Shown in pieces: positions 1 through 8,667 of a DNA stretch of 64,000 nt. Within the stretch, counting starts at the first letter, position 1. Each line of letters begins with the position of its first letter. The DNA is taken from NCBI GenBank assembly GCA_046758005.1, contig JBHHZJ010000001.1, positions 28,101 through 92,100 on the forward strand, written 5' to 3'. Below the pieces are notes generated by a model. The model had not been told where the DNA came from and did not search any database. It saw nothing but the letters and a program-made list of their open reading frames with translations. The translations under genes and the position numbers were made by a program. The DNA is from Kiloniellaceae bacterium (GTDB lineage Bacteria; Pseudomonadota; Alphaproteobacteria; Kiloniellales; J153).

Positions 1-57
1 AACATCCGCCGCCTGCTCAAGGGCGAGGAGCCGAAGATCGGGCGAAAGTCTACTTAG
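1..57 (+). CDS. plsY: 3' end of glycerol-3-phosphate acyltransferase PlsY (partial, runs off the window start)
   Basis: Frame 1 reads NIRRLLKGEEPKIGRKST*, with TAG at 55-57. This resembles the conserved PlsY C-terminus (HR.NI.RLL.G.E..I). plsY-dprA-topA-rnr synteny is typical of Alphaproteobacteria. Only 18 aa are visible. Confidence 0.45.
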   Translation, partial: NIRRLLKGEEPKIGRKST

Positions 58-240
58 GCCTTCGGAGATCCTGATCCGGTTGTACAAGACACTCTCATAA
101 CAAATTGATTTTCAGACGAACTTTATCCGCCGAGCTGAACGCGGGGGTGCCCCACGGTACGTGCTTCCGCCGGTCCGGGCCGTCGTCGCGACGCCGCTGC
201 GTGCTTGACGGGCGCAGCGCGCGCCGCCAAAGGTAGCGCG

Positions 241-1389
241 ATGGAGTTCGCCGACCCGCGCACGCTCAGCCGCCCCGAGCGCCTCGACTGGCTGCGGCTG
301 ATCCGCAGCGAGAACGTGGGCCCGATCACGTTCCGCCAGCTCCTCACCCGCTTCGGCACGCCAGCCGCGGCGCTCGAGGCACTGCCCGCGCTGGCGCGGC
401 GCGGCGGCCGCATGCGCCCGGTCGCGGTGTGCTCGCGCGCCGCGGCGGAGCGGGAACTGACCGCCATCGAGGATCTGGGCGCCCGGCTCCTCGCCCTTTG
501 CGAGCCCGATTACCCGCCGGCGCTGGCCGCGCTCGACGACGCGCCGCCGATCCTGACCGCCGCGGGCCATTCCCATTTGCTGGAACGCAACGCGCTCGCC
601 GTGGTCGGCGCGCGCAACGCCTCGGCCAACGGCCGGCGCCTGGCCCGGCAGATCGCCGCCGACCTGGGGCGGGAAGGACTGCTCGTGGTCTCGGGCATGG
701 CGCGCGGCATCGACGCCGCCGCCCACGAGGGCGCGCTCGAGAGCGGCACAGCAGCCGTGGTCGCGGGCGGGATCGACGTGATCTATCCGGAGGAGAACGC
801 CACCCTGTACGAAGCGATCAAGGCGCGAGGGGCCCTGCTGTCCGAAATGCCGCTCGGCACGGTGCCCCAGGCGCGCCATTTCCCGCGCCGCAACCGCCTC
901 ATCTCGGGCGTTGCGCTGGGCGCCCTGGTGGTCGAGGCGGCGCCGAGGTCCGGCTCGCTCATCACCGCCCGCTTCGCCCTGGAACAGGGGCGCGAGGTCT
1001 TCGCCGTCCCGGGCTCGCCCCTGGACCCGCGGGCCCGCGGCTGCAACAACCTGATCCGCCAGGGCGCGGTCCTGGTCGAATCGGCGGCCGACGTGCTGGA
1101 CGCCCTGGCCGGCCCGCTGGCAACGCCGGTCGGCGAGCGCAAGGGCGCGGAATTCCTCGCCACCGCGCCGGCCCGGCTCGACGAGGCCGAGGTCGCGACG
1201 GTCCGCCGACAGGTCGAGGAGCTGCTCGGCCCCACACCGGTCACGGTTGACGAACTGATCCGGCAATGCCAAGTGTCTCCCGCGCTCGTGCACATGGCCC
1301 TGCTCGAGCTGGAGTTGGCTGGCCGGACCGAGCGGCATCCCGGAAACCGCGTGTCCTCGATCGTCGGCCAAGCGGCCGAGGCGTTGTAG
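241..1389 (+). CDS. dprA: DNA-processing protein DprA (Smf)
   Basis: Track ORF 205-1389. The SAM-like N-terminal domain (NVGPITFRQLL) and Rossmann core (VVSGMARGIDAAAHEGAL...GGIDVIYPEEN...SEMPLG...RNRLISG...VVEAA.RSGSLITAR.ALEQGREVFAVPG) match DprA. The first ATG is at 241; the track start at 205 is a TTG. Confidence 0.85.
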   Translation: MEFADPRTLSRPERLDWLRLIRSENVGPITFRQLLTRFGTPAAALEALPALARRGGRMRPVAVCSRAAAERELTAIEDLGARLLALCEPDYPPALAALDDAPPILTAAGHSHLLERNALAVVGARNASANGRRLARQIAADLGREGLLVVSGMARGIDAAAHEGALESGTAAVVAGGIDVIYPEENATLYEAIKARGALLSEMPLGTVPQARHFPRRNRLISGVALGALVVEAAPRSGSLITARFALEQGREVFAVPGSPLDPRARGCNNLIRQGAVLVESAADVLDALAGPLATPVGERKGAEFLATAPARLDEAEVATVRRQVEELLGPTPVTVDELIRQCQVSPALVHMALLELELAGRTERHPGNRVSSIVGQAAEAL

Positions 1390-1442
1390 CGGCTGGCCGC
1401 TTTCCGAAGTCTGAAGGATTTTTCGCTTATGCTGCGTCGCTC

Positions 1443-4070
1443 ATGAAGGTCGTCGTCGTCGAATCGCCTGCCAAGGCCAGAACGATCAACAGGTACCTGG
1501 GCCAGGACTTCCGGGTCCTGGCCAGCTACGGCCACGTGCGCGACCTGCCGGCCAAGGACGGCTCGGTCGACCCCGCGCGCGACTTCTCGATGCTTTGGGC
1601 CGTGGACGCGCGCGGCGAAAAGCACTTGAGGGCGATCGCCAACGCGGTCAAGGGCGCGGATGCGCTGTTCCTCGCCACCGACCCGGACCGCGAGGGCGAG
1701 GCCATCTCCTGGCACATCGCCGAGGAGCTGGCCCGCCGCCGGGCGCTCGCCGGGGTCGACGTGCAGCGCGTGGTCTTCAACGAGGTGACCAAGACCGCCG
1801 TGACCGACGCGTTCCGTCATCCGCGCACGCTAAACAAGGAGCTGATCGAGGCGTATCTGGCGCGCCGGGCGCTCGACTATCTGGTCGGCTTTACGCTGTC
1901 GCCGGTGCTGTGGCGCAAGCTGCCGGGCAGCCGTTCGGCCGGCCGCGTGCAGTCGGTGGCGCTGCGGCTCATCTGCGAGCGTGAGGCGGAGATCGAGGCC
2001 TTCCGCCCGCGCGAGTACTGGACCGTCGACGTACGGCTGGCCACGGCATCCGGCGAGCCCTTCACCGCGCGCCTGACCCACCTCGATGGCCGCAAGCTCG
2101 ACAAGTTCGGCCTACCCGACGAAACGGCCGCGCGCAACGCCGCGCGCGTGCTCGAATCGGCGGAGGTCTTCCGCGTCGCCTCGGTGCAGCGAAAGGAGGT
2201 GCGGCGCAACCCGCAGCCGCCGTTCACGACCTCGACCCTGCAGCAGGAGGCCTCGCGCAAGCTGGGCTTCGGCGCGGCGCGGACCATGCGCGTCGCCCAA
2301 AGGCTCTACGAGGGCGTGGACCTGGGCGGGGAGACCGTGGGCCTGATCACCTACATGCGCACCGACGGCGTCCAGGTCTCGGTCGAGGCCATCGAGGCCG
2401 CGCGGCGCCTCATTGGCGCGCGCTTCGGCCAGGGCTACGTGCCGGACGCGCCGCGCGTCTACAGGACCAAGGCGAAGAACGCCCAGGAGGCGCACGAGGC
2501 GATCCGCCCGACCGACCTGTTCCGCGCGCCGCGGGACGTGGCCGCCTACCTGCATGCCGACGAGCGCAAGCTGTACGAATTGGTCTGGACCCGCATGTTG
2601 GCCAGCCAAATGGAAAGCGCCCGCCTCGAGCAGATCGCGGTCGACATCGCCGCCGCCGGGGAACGCGCGCGCCTGCGGGCGAGCGGCTCGCTCGTCGTGT
2701 TCGACGGGTTCCTCGCGCTCTACCAGGAGGGTCGCGACGAGGCCAAGGGCGAGGACGGCGAAGACGGCGCGGCCGGCGAGCGCCGCCTGCCGAATATGGA
2801 GGAGGGCGAGCGCCCGACCCGCCAGGCGGTCCTGCCCGAGCAGCACTTCACGCAACCGCCGCCGCGCTACACCGAGGCCAGCCTGGTCAAGAGGCTCGAG
2901 GAGCTCGGCATAGGCCGGCCATCGACCTACGCCTCGATTCTGGAGGTCCTGCAGGACCGCAACTACGTCCGCCTGGACAAGCGCCGCTTCGTGCCCGAGG
3001 ACCGCGGCCGGGTGGTCGTCGCCTTCCTGACCAGCTTCTTCAACCGGTACGTCCAATACAATTTCACCGCCGACATGGAGGAGCAGCTCGACGACATCTC
3101 GGGCGGGCGCAAGGACTGGAAGGCGGTTCTGCGCCAGTTCTGGGACGCTTTCAGCAAGGCGGTCGAGGAGACCAAGGACCTGTCGATTGGCGAGGTGATC
3201 GAGGCGCTCGACCGCGACCTGGGGCCGCATTTCTTTCCCCCCGATCCGGCCGATCCGAACAAGGACCCCCGCGCCTGCCCGGCCTGCGGGACCGGGCGGC
3301 TCGGGCTCAAGCTGGGGCGCAGCGGCGGGTTCATCGGTTGCTCGGGCTATCCCGATTGCCGTTACACCCGGCCGCTCGCGGTGGCCGGCAACGGGGAGGG
3401 CGCGGCGGAGGCCGAATGGGCGGGCCCGCGCGTCCTCGGCACCGATCCGGACAGCGGCCAGCCGATCACCCTGCGCAAGGGCCCCTACGGCCTGTACGTG
3501 CAGCTTGGCGAGGGCGCGGGCAAACAGAAGCCGAAGCGCGGCGCCGTGCCGAAGGGGCTGGCGCCCGAGGAGGTGACGCTCGAGAAGGCGCTTGCGCTGC
3601 TCGCCCTACCCCGGACCATCGGCCCGCACCCGGACACCGGCCAGCCGGTGACCGCCGGGCTCGGCCGCTACGGGCCGTACGTGAAGCACGGGGCGACGTA
3701 CCGCTCGATTCCCGAGGACGAAGACGTCACGACCATCGGCCTCAACCGCGCGGTGACCCTTCTCGCCGAGGCGCCGGCGCGCCGCGGCGGCGCAGGCAAG
3801 GAGCTCGGCGCCCACCCGGCCGACGGCAAGCCCATCACCCTACACAGCGGCCGCTACGGACCCTATGTAAGACATGGCCGGACCATCGCCTCGCTGCCCA
3901 AGAGCCTGCCGGCGGACGAGCTGACCATCGAGCAGGCAGTCGAGCTTCTGGCCGCGCAGGCCGATAAGGCCAAATCCAAACGCAACAAGAAGGCCACGCC
4001 CGCCGCCAAGGCGAAGCGCAAATCCGGCAAGACCGCAGCCGATACGACGCGGCGCCGGGCGGCAAGCTGA
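1443..4070 (+). CDS. topA: DNA topoisomerase I
   Basis: MKVVVVESPAKARTINRYLG... is the Toprim N-terminus. The ORF continues with the TopA core and C-terminal zinc-ribbon/repeat region (CPACGTGRLGLKLGRSGGFIGCSGYPDC; repeated GRYGPYV) and a Lys-rich tail. The ATG at 1443 lies inside track ORF 1266-4070. Product is 875 aa. Confidence 0.95.
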   Translation: MKVVVVESPAKARTINRYLGQDFRVLASYGHVRDLPAKDGSVDPARDFSMLWAVDARGEKHLRAIANAVKGADALFLATDPDREGEAISWHIAEELARRRALAGVDVQRVVFNEVTKTAVTDAFRHPRTLNKELIEAYLARRALDYLVGFTLSPVLWRKLPGSRSAGRVQSVALRLICEREAEIEAFRPREYWTVDVRLATASGEPFTARLTHLDGRKLDKFGLPDETAARNAARVLESAEVFRVASVQRKEVRRNPQPPFTTSTLQQEASRKLGFGAARTMRVAQRLYEGVDLGGETVGLITYMRTDGVQVSVEAIEAARRLIGARFGQGYVPDAPRVYRTKAKNAQEAHEAIRPTDLFRAPRDVAAYLHADERKLYELVWTRMLASQMESARLEQIAVDIAAAGERARLRASGSLVVFDGFLALYQEGRDEAKGEDGEDGAAGERRLPNMEEGERPTRQAVLPEQHFTQPPPRYTEASLVKRLEELGIGRPSTYASILEVLQDRNYVRLDKRRFVPEDRGRVVVAFLTSFFNRYVQYNFTADMEEQLDDISGGRKDWKAVLRQFWDAFSKAVEETKDLSIGEVIEALDRDLGPHFFPPDPADPNKDPRACPACGTGRLGLKLGRSGGFIGCSGYPDCRYTRPLAVAGNGEGAAEAEWAGPRVLGTDPDSGQPITLRKGPYGLYVQLGEGAGKQKPKRGAVPKGLAPEEVTLEKALALLALPRTIGPHPDTGQPVTAGLGRYGPYVKHGATYRSIPEDEDVTTIGLNRAVTLLAEAPARRGGAGKELGAHPADGKPITLHSGRYGPYVRHGRTIASLPKSLPADELTIEQAVELLAAQADKAKSKRNKKATPAAKAKRKSGKTAADTTRRRAAS

Positions 4071-4286
4071 CCCATTCATGGACTGGCGGGCCGTCAGGCC
4101 CGGGCGAAGACACTGAAACCGAAGACACCTAAACGCGCCGCCGCCAAACCGGCGCCGGAGGCCCGGCCCTTCCCGACCCGCGAAGAGGTCCTCGCCTTCA
4201 TCCGCGAAAGTCCGCAGCCGGTCGGCAAGCGCGAGATCGCCCGCGCCTTTCAGATCAAGGGCGGCGACCGCATCCCGCTCAAGGCC

Positions 4287-6503
4287 ATGCTCAAGGAGCT
4301 GCGCCACGAGGGCCTGATCGAGCGCCGGGAGGGACGCAGGGCCGGCGTGCGCGGCCGCCTGCCCGCGGTCGCGGTGGTGGAGGTGAGCGGCCTCGACGAG
4401 GACGGCGAGCTGCTCGCCCGCCCGGCGGTCTGGGAGCTGGACGAGGCCCCGCCGGTCATCTACCTGGCGCCCGACAAGCGCAGCCGGGCGGCGCTCGCGC
4501 CCGGCGACCGCGTGCTGGCCAAGCTCACGCGGATCGACGCACGGACCTACGAGGGCCGGCCGATCCGCCGCATCGCCCGGCTGCCGGGGCGCGTGCTCGG
4601 GATCTACGAGGTGGGCGCGCGCGGCGGCCGGCTGCGTCCGACCGACCGGCGCGCCAAGAACGACTTCGTGATCCGCGCCGAAGACGCGCGCGGCGCGCGC
4701 CCGGGAGAGCTTGTCCTCGCCGAGGTCCGCCCCGGCCGCCCGCGCCTCGGCCTGCGCGAGGCGCGCGTCGTCGAGCGGCTCGGCGACTTGGCCGATCCGC
4801 GCAACCTCAGCCTGATCGCCATCCACGAGCACGACCTGCCCGTCGACTTTCCGCCCGAGGCCCTCACGGAGGCGGAGGGAGCCGGGCGGGTTGCGCCGGA
4901 CGGGCGCACGGACCTGCGCGCCGTGCCGCTGGTCACCATCGACGGCCCGGACGCGCGCGACTTCGACGACGCCGTGTGGGCCGAGCCCGACGCCGATCCC
5001 GCCAACCCGGGCGGCTGGCACCTCCTGGTGGCCATCGCCGACGTGGCCTGCTACGTGCGGCCGGGCGGCCCGCTCGACCGCGCCGCCTTCGAGCGCGGCA
5101 ACTCGGTCTACTTCCCGGACCGGGTCGTGCCCATGTTGCCGGAGATGCTGTCCAACGGGTGGTGCTCCCTGCGCCCGGGCGAGGATCGCGCCTGCATGGC
5201 GGTCGAGCTGTGGATCGACGCCGACGGGCGGACGCGGCGGCACCGCTTCACGCGCGGCCTGATGCGATCGACCGCGCGCCTCACCTACGAGCAGGTCCAG
5301 GCGGCGCACGACGGCCGGCCCGACGCCGCCACGGAGCCTCTGCTCGGGACGGTGATCGCGCCCCTGTACGGCGCCTTCCGCGCCCTGCTGGTCGCACGCG
5401 AGCGGCGCGGCACGCTCGACCTCGAGCTGCCGGAGCGGCAGGTGATCCTCGACGAGTCCGGCGCGGTGGCCGCGATCGAGCCGCGCCCGCGCCTGGACAG
5501 CCATCGCCTGATCGAGGAGTTCATGATCGCGGCCAACATCGCCGCCGCCAAGCAGCTGGAGGCCCTGGGCCAGCCCTGCATGTACCGGGTCCACGACCGG
5601 CCGGACCCGGTCAAGATCGAGGCGCTGCGGCAGATCCTCGAGAGCCTCGGCCTGCGCCTGGCGCGCGGCCAAGTGATCCGCCCGCGCGTGCTCACCCGCA
5701 TCCTCGATCGGGTCCGCGGGACGCCGGCCGCACGCATGGTCAACGAGCTGATCCTGCGCGCCCAGAGTCAAGCCATCTACAGCCCACAGAACGTAGGCCA
5801 CTTCGGGCTGGCACTCACTCACTACGCGCATTTCACTTCGCCGATCCGGCGCTACGCCGACCTCCTGGTCCACCGGGCGCTGATCGCCGGCCTCAGGCTC
5901 GGCGAGGGCGGCCTGCCCGCGGAGGCGGCCGAGCGTTTCGCCGCGATCGGCGAGCACATCAGCCTTACCGAGCGCCGCGCCACCGCGGCCGAGCGCGACG
6001 CCATCGACCGCTTCACCGCCTCGTTCCTGCGGGACAAGGTAGGCGCCATCCTGCCCGGCGCGATCAACGGAGTCACCCGCTTCGGGCTGTTCGTGACGCT
6101 CGACGAGACCGGGGCCGACGGCCTGGTCCCCATCAGCCTGCTGCCGGACGACTACTACGACCACGTCGAGGCCGAGCACTGCCTGGTGGGTCGGCGCTGG
6201 GGCCGGACGTACCGCCTGGGCGAGCGCGTCAACGCCCGCCTGCGCGAGGCCGATCCGGTCACCGGCGGCATCGTGCTGGAGCTGATCGAGCCCGAGGAGG
6301 ACGCCTCCCGGGCCGCGCGGCCGGAAGCCCTGCCGCCCGCCCCCGCCGGAGGCGGCCGGCAGCCGCTTGACGGCGAAGCCCCGCCTGGGCGAAAACGGAG
6401 CCCGCGCGGACGCTCGCGCGGCGCGGAGCAAGTCGACGCCGATAAGGCCGGAGCCGCCCGGGGCCGCGGAAAACGCCGCGGCAAGGACAGGCGCACACGT
6501 TGA
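4287..6503 (+). CDS. rnr: Ribonuclease R (RNB family 3'-5' exoribonuclease); the true start is probably upstream of 4287
   Basis: RNB catalytic motifs are present (TIDGPDARDFDDAVWAE, YFPDRVVPMLPE, HFGLAL..YAHFTSPIRRYADLLVHR), followed by an S1 domain and a basic tail. The in-frame sequence at 4140-4286 encodes a conserved N-terminal winged-helix (REEVLAFIRESPQPVGKREIARAFQIKGGDRIPLKAMLKEL) but has no ATG/GTG/TTG. See findings. Confidence 0.9.
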   Translation: MLKELRHEGLIERREGRRAGVRGRLPAVAVVEVSGLDEDGELLARPAVWELDEAPPVIYLAPDKRSRAALAPGDRVLAKLTRIDARTYEGRPIRRIARLPGRVLGIYEVGARGGRLRPTDRRAKNDFVIRAEDARGARPGELVLAEVRPGRPRLGLREARVVERLGDLADPRNLSLIAIHEHDLPVDFPPEALTEAEGAGRVAPDGRTDLRAVPLVTIDGPDARDFDDAVWAEPDADPANPGGWHLLVAIADVACYVRPGGPLDRAAFERGNSVYFPDRVVPMLPEMLSNGWCSLRPGEDRACMAVELWIDADGRTRRHRFTRGLMRSTARLTYEQVQAAHDGRPDAATEPLLGTVIAPLYGAFRALLVARERRGTLDLELPERQVILDESGAVAAIEPRPRLDSHRLIEEFMIAANIAAAKQLEALGQPCMYRVHDRPDPVKIEALRQILESLGLRLARGQVIRPRVLTRILDRVRGTPAARMVNELILRAQSQAIYSPQNVGHFGLALTHYAHFTSPIRRYADLLVHRALIAGLRLGEGGLPAEAAERFAAIGEHISLTERRATAAERDAIDRFTASFLRDKVGAILPGAINGVTRFGLFVTLDETGADGLVPISLLPDDYYDHVEAEHCLVGRRWGRTYRLGERVNARLREADPVTGGIVLELIEPEEDASRAARPEALPPAPAGGGRQPLDGEAPPGRKRSPRGRSRGAEQVDADKAGAARGRGKRRGKDRRTR

Positions 6504-6521
6504 TTCTCTTGGGGCGCCAAG

Positions 6522-6554
6522 GTTAACGCGACTTCACGCTGACAGCGCGTTAAC
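6522..6554. repeat. 9-bp perfect inverted repeat (GTTAACGCG / CGCGTTAAC) with a 15-nt spacer, in the AT-rich rnr-ctp intergenic region
   Basis: Read directly: arms at 6522-6530 and 6546-6554. The spacer contains CTTCACGCT (6532-6540), whose reverse complement AGCGTGAAG recurs at 6615-6623. Confidence 0.6.
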
Positions 6555-6695
6555 TTAACGTCTGCCAATACTGGATTACACGTGGTTCTCAACAATTTTA
6601 TTTGAATTATTAGTAGCGTGAAGGCGGCTCGATCGATTATTATAGTATCTCGCCATTAACGAAAAGCCTGAGACGAAGGCGGAGAACAGAGGGCG

Positions 6696-8312
6696 ATGGG
6701 AGGACAGGGTCAGACCGCAGCCAAGGAGACGGCACCGCGCGCATGGCGCCGCCTGGCGACGCTGTGCGTCGCGTTTTTCATGGTGGCCTGCGCCACCCAG
6801 GACACGCGGGCCCCGGCCAATCAGGATTTGTCGTTGGCCAACCGCCTGTTCAGCGTCGGCTACCGGGATGTCGCCGACATCTACATCGATGACGTGGCCG
6901 TCTCCGACCTAGCGGTCGCCGGGCTCAACGGCCTGTCGAGCATCGACTCGGACCTAGCCGTGTCGCGCAGCGGCGGGCGCATCCTGATGTCGATCGACGG
7001 CCAGCAGGCCGGCGCCTTCGCCGCCCCGGCCGTCGGCGATACCGAGGGTTGGGGCAACCTCACTGCGGCGGCGCTCAACATCGGGCGGGTCCGCTCGGCC
7101 GAACTCGACGCGGCGGAGCCGGAGCGGCTCTACGAGGTCGTCTTCGACGGCATGCTGAGCGAGCTGGACGGCTTCTCACGCTACGCCGGGCGCGAGGAGG
7201 CGCGCGAAAACCGGGCCAGCCGCGACGGCTTCGGCGGCATCGGGGTGCGCATCCGGCTGATCGACCAGGGCGTGCGCATCCTGTCGGTCATGGAGGACAC
7301 GCCGGCCGAGCGCTCTGGGCTGCGCGACAACGACGTGATCACCGAAATCGACGGCGAGCCGACCGTGGGCCTGAGCCAACGCGACGTCGTGCGGCGCTTG
7401 CGCGGTCCCTTGCGTAGCAGGGTCGCGTTGACCGTCAAGCGGGACAGCGCGCCCCGCCCGCTGAACATCCAGGTCGTACGCGCGCACATCGTGCCGCAGA
7501 CCGTGAGGTACAGCCGGATCGGCAAGGTAGCGCACATCCGGGTCAGCGGGTTCAATCAAAGCACGACGCGCACGTTGCGCGACAAGATGAAGCTGGCCAC
7601 GCGGGACCTCGGTCCCGAGCTCGCGGGCTTCGTGCTCGACCTGCGCGGCAACCCGGGCGGCCTGCTCGATCAGGCCGTCGCCGTCAGCGATCTTTTCGTC
7701 ACCGGCGGCCGCATCGTCTCGACCCACGGCCGCCACCCCGACAGCCACCAATACTTCGACGCCGAGCCCGACGACGTGGCCAAGCACAAGCCGGTGGTGG
7801 TGCTGGTCAACGGCAACTCCGCCTCGGCCTCGGAGATCGTCGCCGCGGCGCTTCAGGATGCCGGGCGGGCGGTCGTGGTCGGCACCAGCTCGTTCGGCAA
7901 GGGCACGGTTCAGACGGTGCTGCGCCTGCCTAACGAGGGGGAGCTGACACTCACTTGGGCGCGGTTCCACGCCCCGTCCGGCTACGGGCTCAACGGGCGC
8001 GGGGTCATGCCCGACATCTGCACGGCCGGCGACATGGCCAGCGCCGAAGAAGTGCTGGAGCGGCTGCGCCGGGGCCTGCTGCCGGTCGATCGGGCCACAG
8101 TGCGCAAGGAGCTCGATCCCGTCGACGGCGCGGCTATCGACTCGTTCCGTGCCGCGTGCCCGCCCGGACGGGGAGAGCCGGACGTGGACCTCGAGGTGGC
8201 GCGGCGCCTGCTCGAGAATCCGGCGCTGTTCGCCCGCGCCTTGGGCGCCGAGGAACCCGACACGGCGCGCGCCAGCGCGCGCCAGCCGGTCATCGCGCAC
8301 AGCCCGGAGTGA
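6696..8312 (+). CDS. S41 family C-terminal processing peptidase (PDZ domain), probable lipoprotein or secreted
   Basis: PDZ segment (GIGVRIRLIDQGVRILSVMEDTPAERSGLRDNDVITEIDGEP). S41 catalytic region (VLDLRGNPGGLLDQAV...VVLVNGNSASASEIVAAALQD.GRAVVVGTSSFGKGTVQTV). The N-terminus contains a hydrophobic segment ending FMVAC. Confidence 0.85.
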   Translation: MGGQGQTAAKETAPRAWRRLATLCVAFFMVACATQDTRAPANQDLSLANRLFSVGYRDVADIYIDDVAVSDLAVAGLNGLSSIDSDLAVSRSGGRILMSIDGQQAGAFAAPAVGDTEGWGNLTAAALNIGRVRSAELDAAEPERLYEVVFDGMLSELDGFSRYAGREEARENRASRDGFGGIGVRIRLIDQGVRILSVMEDTPAERSGLRDNDVITEIDGEPTVGLSQRDVVRRLRGPLRSRVALTVKRDSAPRPLNIQVVRAHIVPQTVRYSRIGKVAHIRVSGFNQSTTRTLRDKMKLATRDLGPELAGFVLDLRGNPGGLLDQAVAVSDLFVTGGRIVSTHGRHPDSHQYFDAEPDDVAKHKPVVVLVNGNSASASEIVAAALQDAGRAVVVGTSSFGKGTVQTVLRLPNEGELTLTWARFHAPSGYGLNGRGVMPDICTAGDMASAEEVLERLRRGLLPVDRATVRKELDPVDGAAIDSFRAACPPGRGEPDVDLEVARRLLENPALFARALGAEEPDTARASARQPVIAHSPE

Positions 8313-8351
8313 CCGCCGCGCCGGCGGCCGCGGCCGGCCAGGCGGACGGGG

Positions 8352-8379
8352 TTGACTCGCCCCGCCGGCCCGCTATCCT
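8352..8379 (+). promoter_or_regulatory. Candidate sigma70-type promoter for rpmG (TTGACT-N16-TATCCT)
   Basis: TTGACT at 8352-8357, a 16-nt spacer, then TATCCT at 8374-8379, about 43 nt upstream of the rpmG ATG. Pattern match only. Confidence 0.4.
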
Positions 8380-8421
8380 CGCGCCCCGAGCCGCCCCGCG
8401 CCGCGCGACGAGGACAGCGCC

Positions 8422-8589
8422 ATGGCCAAGCCGACGACCCAACTGATCAAGATGGTGTCCACCGCGGACACGGGTTACTTCTACGTGACCAGGAAGAACG
8501 CCCGGACGATGACCGAGAAGCTGGAACTGCGCAGATACGATCCGCGCGCGCGCAAGCACGTCGTCTTCAAGGAATCGAAGATGAAGTAG
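8422..8589 (+). CDS. rpmG: 50S ribosomal protein L33
   Basis: Absent from the ORF track because it is only 55 aa. Translation is [55 protein letters not shown], the canonical L33 sequence. TAG at 8587-8589. Confidence 0.9.
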   Translation: MAKPTTQLIKMVSTADTGYFYVTRKNARTMTEKLELRRYDPRARKHVVFKESKMK

Positions 8590-8620
8590 CCGGGCGCCGC
8601 GGACGCCCCGGCAACGCGAA

Positions 8621-8648
8621 CGGCCGCCCTTTCGGCGGCCGTTTGCGC
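8621..8648 (+). terminator. Intrinsic-terminator-like hairpin between convergent rpmG and pleD
   Basis: CGGCCGCC (8621-8628), loop CTTTC, GGCGGCCG (8634-8641), followed by TTTGCGCG. An 8-bp GC stem with a short T tract, 32 nt after the rpmG stop. Confidence 0.55.
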
Positions 8649-8667
8649 GTCACCCCGGCCGGCGCCC

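Noticed and set aside
3840-6431. 863-aa ORF on the minus strand, antisense to rnr.
   Set aside because: The translation is dominated by Arg/Ala/Gly/Pro/Asp with no recognisable motifs. It exactly shadows a gene with unambiguous RNase R motifs on the other strand. This is the typical stop-poor antisense frame of a roughly 70% GC genome.
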